Assembly: GCA_949516455.1 (NCBI GenBank)
Contig: CATILC010000017.1
Coordinates: forward strand, 1-39,857
Reading direction: 5' to 3'
Length of the DNA stretch: 39,857 nt
Source: Flavobacteriia bacterium
GTDB taxonomy: Bacteria > Bacteroidota > Bacteroidia > Flavobacteriales > Schleiferiaceae
Shown here: positions 36,755-39,857 of the stretch, piece by piece
Layout: each line of letters opens with the position of its first letter
How positions within the stretch are numbered: position 1 is the first letter of the stretch
Translations under genes and position numbers: made by a program
Notes under the pieces: generated by a model
What the model saw: the letters and a program-made list of their open reading frames with translations, nothing else
Told to the model about the DNA's origin: nothing
Databases searched by the model: none

Positions 36755-38653
36755 ATGAGTCATTATTATATAAATAGTCCCGAAGAATACCGAGAAGCCT
36801 GCCGCAAAAGCACCGAAGATCCAGAAGCTTTCTGGGCGGAGATCGCAGAGCATTTTCAATGGATGAAAAAATGGGATTCCGTGCTGTCCTGGGATTTCGA
36901 TGGACCGGACGTACGCTGGTTCAATGACGCAAAACTAAACATCACAGAAAACTGCCTCGATAGGCATCTTGAGGAAAGATCGGACGAACTGGCTCTGATC
37001 TGGGAACCCAATGAGCCTTCAGAGGATTCGATTCAATTCACCTACGGCCAACTGCACGAGGAGGTCTGTCGGTACGCCAATGTGCTCAAGAAGAACGGAG
37101 TGAACAAAGGAGATCGGGTGGCCATCTATCTGCCCATGATCCCCGATCTGGCGATCGCCGCGCTGGCTTGTGCCCGCATTGGTGCCGTACACAGCATTGT
37201 ATTTGCCGGATTTTCAGCCCAGGCATTGGCCGACCGCATAAACGATGCTCAGGCCAGTGCAGTGCTTACTTCAGACGGCATGTACAGGGGGAACAAGAAA
37301 CTCCCGGTCAAAGCCATCGTGGACGAAGCGCTTGAGCATTGTCCAAGCGTGCACACCGTACTGGTTTCCAAACGAACTGAGGAGGAGGTCCCCATGCAAT
37401 CGGAAAGGGATCGCTTTTTGGCAGATGAACTCAAGACGGTGCCATCCAGTTGCCCGGCAGAACCGATGGATTCAGAAGATATGCTCTTCATCCTCTACAC
37501 CTCAGGTTCCACCGGAAAGCCCAAGGGAGTGGTCCACAGCTGTGGCGGATACATGGTCTATGCGGCCTATTCTTTTCAGAACGTATTTCAGTATAAAGCC
37601 GGAGACGTCTATTGGTGCTCTGCAGACATCGGGTGGATCACAGGGCATTCATATATCCTCTATGGACCTCTTTTGAATGCTGCGACCACCATGATGTTCG
37701 AAGGGGTGCCCACCTATCCCGATGCGGGACGATTCTGGGAGATCTGCGACAAATACCAGGTGAATCAATTCTATACTGCGCCCACGGCGATCCGCGCCCT
37801 GATGGCCCAGGGAGATGCGCACGTGGAAAAGGCCCAACTCGATAGCCTGAAAGTGATCGGCTCGGTCGGTGAACCGATCAATGAAGAAGCCTGGCATTGG
37901 TATCACGACAAGGTGGGAAAAGGACGATGCCCGGTGGTAGACACCTGGTGGCAAACCGAAACAGGCGGTATCATGATCAGCGGACTGGGCCCTCATTCGC
38001 CCATGAAGGCCAGCCATGCCGGCCTCCCTCTGCCCGGCATCCAGACGGTCCTTCTGGATCAGGAGGGAAATGAGATCCTGGAAAATGAAGTCGAGGGCTA
38101 TCTCTGTGTGAAGTTCCCCTGGCCGAGCATGCTCCGGACGACCTATGGCGACCACGAACGCTGCAAGAACACCTACTTCAGTAATTACCCAGGGCATTAT
38201 TTCACCGGAGACGGTGCCAAAAGAGACGCCGATGGCTTGTACCGCATCATCGGACGGGTGGACGATGTGATCAACGTATCGGGGCATCGGTTCGGGACAG
38301 CAGAGATCGAGAATGCCTTGAACCAGGACCAAAGAGTAGCAGAATCTGCTGTAGTGGGCTATCCACACGACATCAAAGGACAGGGCATCTATGCCTATGT
38401 CATCCTGAAAGATCCGATGGATGCAGGCAGCGCCATGGAAGCTTCTCTGGTGGAATCTGTGGTACGCGAGATCGGAAAGATCGCTCGGCCCGACAAGATC
38501 CAGTTCGTACCTGGCCTGCCCAAGACGCGTTCGGGAAAGATCATGCGGCGCATCTTGAGAAAGATCGCTGAGGGAGAGGCCGGCTCACTGGGAGACACCT
38601 CCACCCTGCTCGACCCAGGCGTGGTGGAAACCATCAAGGCCGGAGCACTTTGA
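36755..38653 (+). CDS. acs: Acetyl-CoA synthetase (AMP-forming)
   Basis: 632 aa with YTSGSTGKPKG, WWQTETGG, VGEPIN and C-terminal PKTRSGKIMRRILRK, which includes the acetylatable-lysine context. Confidence 0.97.
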   Translation: MSHYYINSPEEYREACRKSTEDPEAFWAEIAEHFQWMKKWDSVLSWDFDGPDVRWFNDAKLNITENCLDRHLEERSDELALIWEPNEPSEDSIQFTYGQLHEEVCRYANVLKKNGVNKGDRVAIYLPMIPDLAIAALACARIGAVHSIVFAGFSAQALADRINDAQASAVLTSDGMYRGNKKLPVKAIVDEALEHCPSVHTVLVSKRTEEEVPMQSERDRFLADELKTVPSSCPAEPMDSEDMLFILYTSGSTGKPKGVVHSCGGYMVYAAYSFQNVFQYKAGDVYWCSADIGWITGHSYILYGPLLNAATTMMFEGVPTYPDAGRFWEICDKYQVNQFYTAPTAIRALMAQGDAHVEKAQLDSLKVIGSVGEPINEEAWHWYHDKVGKGRCPVVDTWWQTETGGIMISGLGPHSPMKASHAGLPLPGIQTVLLDQEGNEILENEVEGYLCVKFPWPSMLRTTYGDHERCKNTYFSNYPGHYFTGDGAKRDADGLYRIIGRVDDVINVSGHRFGTAEIENALNQDQRVAESAVVGYPHDIKGQGIYAYVILKDPMDAGSAMEASLVESVVREIGKIARPDKIQFVPGLPKTRSGKIMRRILRKIAEGEAGSLGDTSTLLDPGVVETIKAGAL

Positions 38654-38696
38654 CTCTTAAGAGCCAGAGGCAGATAAATCGCTTGCTGCTCAAATC

Positions 38697-39608
38697 TTGA
38701 GTTCGGAACGAACGCTTATCCTGCGCAACCGCAGAGTGGAACTTGAGCTGGAGCGGCCCGGGATCGGTTACAACGGAACCCGCTTCGATCAAACGGGAAA
38801 GATCCTGAAATGCAGCATGGACGGCATATCCGTCTGCAGTCAGGAATGGCCGGTGGACCGAATGCGCACTCACCTGGGCATTGGATTCATGAATGAATTC
38901 GACATGCAGCACCCCCCGGGTTTTGATGAAGCCGAGCTGGGTGAAAGATTCCTCAAGATCGGTGTGGGTGCCTTGCAAAAAGAGGAAGCGACCTATGATT
39001 TTCTCAAAAGGCATTCATGCATGGCCAGTGAATGCTCCTTAAGGCACACTCAGGATGAAGTGTGGATCAAGAGCCAAAGTCCTGAAGTGCTGGGCTACGC
39101 TTGCGCCTTGGACAAACACATCCGCCTCACAGAAAAGGGCTTTTCCATTGGCTACGGACTCCAGAACCTCGGGTCGAAAGTCCTTCGTGTCCAGGAATAT
39201 GTGCACAATTTCCTCGCCTTCGACGGGCATCCCATTGGGCCTGCCTACCGCATCGACCTCCCCCATTCCATCGATACCTCTTCACTGAACGAATATGTGG
39301 ATGAACTCAATGCCGTTTCGATCGGCGACCGCCACATCGGATTTCGCAAGCCAATCGAGCAGCCCATTTTCCTGAAGAGTCTTGGAACAGGTACGATTGC
39401 AGCACCTTCCTGGCAACTCAGCCACGAAGCGATCGACTGGGTACTCACAGAATCTGTGGACAGACCCTTGACAGGCATCCATTTATGGGCGTGGGGGCAC
39501 GTGATCAGCCCCGAACTGTTTGTGAACCTCCAAGTACCCTGCGGAGCAGAGGTGAAATGGGAAAGGCGTTTTGAGTTCCATAAAAAAGCCCCGCTCGGGC
39601 GGGGCTGA
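38697..39608 (+). CDS. Hypothetical protein (possibly a galactose-mutarotase-like beta-sandwich)
   Basis: 303-aa ORF starting on TTG (first ATG is at codon 41), 43 nt after the acs stop on the same strand. The N-terminal pattern LILRNRRVELELERPGIGYNGTRFDQTGKI is reminiscent of aldose-epimerase-like proteins (weak). The last ~8 codons are encoded by the cysN terminator hairpin. Confidence 0.6.
   Translation: MSSERTLILRNRRVELELERPGIGYNGTRFDQTGKILKCSMDGISVCSQEWPVDRMRTHLGIGFMNEFDMQHPPGFDEAELGERFLKIGVGALQKEEATYDFLKRHSCMASECSLRHTQDEVWIKSQSPEVLGYACALDKHIRLTEKGFSIGYGLQNLGSKVLRVQEYVHNFLAFDGHPIGPAYRIDLPHSIDTSSLNEYVDELNAVSIGDRHIGFRKPIEQPIFLKSLGTGTIAAPSWQLSHEAIDWVLTESVDRPLTGIHLWAWGHVISPELFVNLQVPCGAEVKWERRFEFHKKAPLGRG
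39582..39606 (-). terminator. Rho-independent terminator of cysN
   Basis: The minus strand reads AGCCCCGC, ccga, GCGGGGCT followed by T6. It lies 24 nt downstream of the cysN stop (39630). Confidence 0.75.
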
Positions 39609-39629
39609 AGAAATGAGCAACGGATCCGA

Positions 39630-39857
39630 TCAGACGATCATTCCTGCTGCTACGGTCTCGTTGGTCGTTTCATCCACCAAAATGATGCTGCCCGTTTGGC
39701 GATTCCTTCTATACGGATCGTTGATGATGGGCTTGGTGGTCCGCAGGTGCACTTTGACGATGTCGTTCATGCCAGCGGTCTTGTCGTCCATATTGCGCGT
39801 CAGATCGCTGATATTCACCTTGTAGACCACCTCTTTGATCATGGCGCGGCACTCGCT
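39630..39857 (-). CDS. cysN: Sulfate adenylyltransferase subunit 1. Partial: only the C-terminal ~75 aa are present and the N-terminus lies beyond the window.
   Basis: The frame is open to the window edge (..SECRAMIKEVVYKVN..). The C-terminus NDPYRRNRQTGSIILVDETTNETVAAGMIV is typical of CysN domain III. Confidence 0.82.
   Translation of the reverse strand, partial: SECRAMIKEVVYKVNISDLTRNMDDKTAGMNDIVKVHLRTTKPIINDPYRRNRQTGSIILVDETTNETVAAGMIV

Noticed and set aside
1-39857. Search for mobile elements, CRISPR arrays, tRNA/rRNA genes, toxin-antitoxin pairs or defence islands
   Set aside because: I saw no direct-repeat/spacer arrays and no transposase, integrase, recombinase or phage-like ORFs. 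No gap is long enough for an rRNA and I saw no cloverleaf-like tRNA candidates in the short gaps. No nuclease, ATPase, methylase or STAND-type unknowns are present. Every large ORF is explained by a housekeeping or metabolic family, so claiming a novel defence or mobile system here would be unsupported.

Overview
This is a gene-dense chromosomal segment of about 37 CDS with very little non-coding DNA. It looks like a Bacteroidota-type genome: it has a T9SS C-terminal sorting domain, recurrent TAnnTTTG -7 promoter boxes and a Na+-NQR operon. Gene order is: nqrFEDCBA (minus), a DUF5103-like protein, tsaC/sua5, tatC-lptB (minus), recQ, an ECF-type sigma factor (minus), uvrA, yaaA-OMP (minus), two translationally coupled lipoproteins, a convergent third lipoprotein, a di-haem cytochrome c peroxidase, PASTA protein - T9SS cargo - rluD (minus), ddl-coaD, NUDIX (minus), pyrE-SRPBCC, marR-fadN-fadA-fadE, DUF4212 - SSS symporter - acs - hypothetical, and the 3' end of cysN (minus). 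I saw no rRNA, tRNA, CRISPR array, transposase, integrase, phage gene or recognisable defence gene. The ORF track translates GTG and TTG starts as M, so I re-set several starts by reading the DNA. My honest assessment is that this window is mostly core housekeeping, and I could not identify a convincing new multi-gene system. The best leads are (1) a three-lipoprotein cluster at 17.2-20.6 kb (TPR + CsgG/LpoB-like, plus two LPP20/FlgP-like proteins), (2) an uncharacterised T9SS cargo lying between the PASTA gene and rluD, (3) a 303-aa unknown ORF attached to the DUF4212-symporter-acs acetate module, and (4) regulatory details: a marR palindrome, -7 boxes so close to ATGs that they imply leaderless mRNAs, and head-to-head overlapping start codons. 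All functional calls rest on motif recognition by eye; no database search was run.
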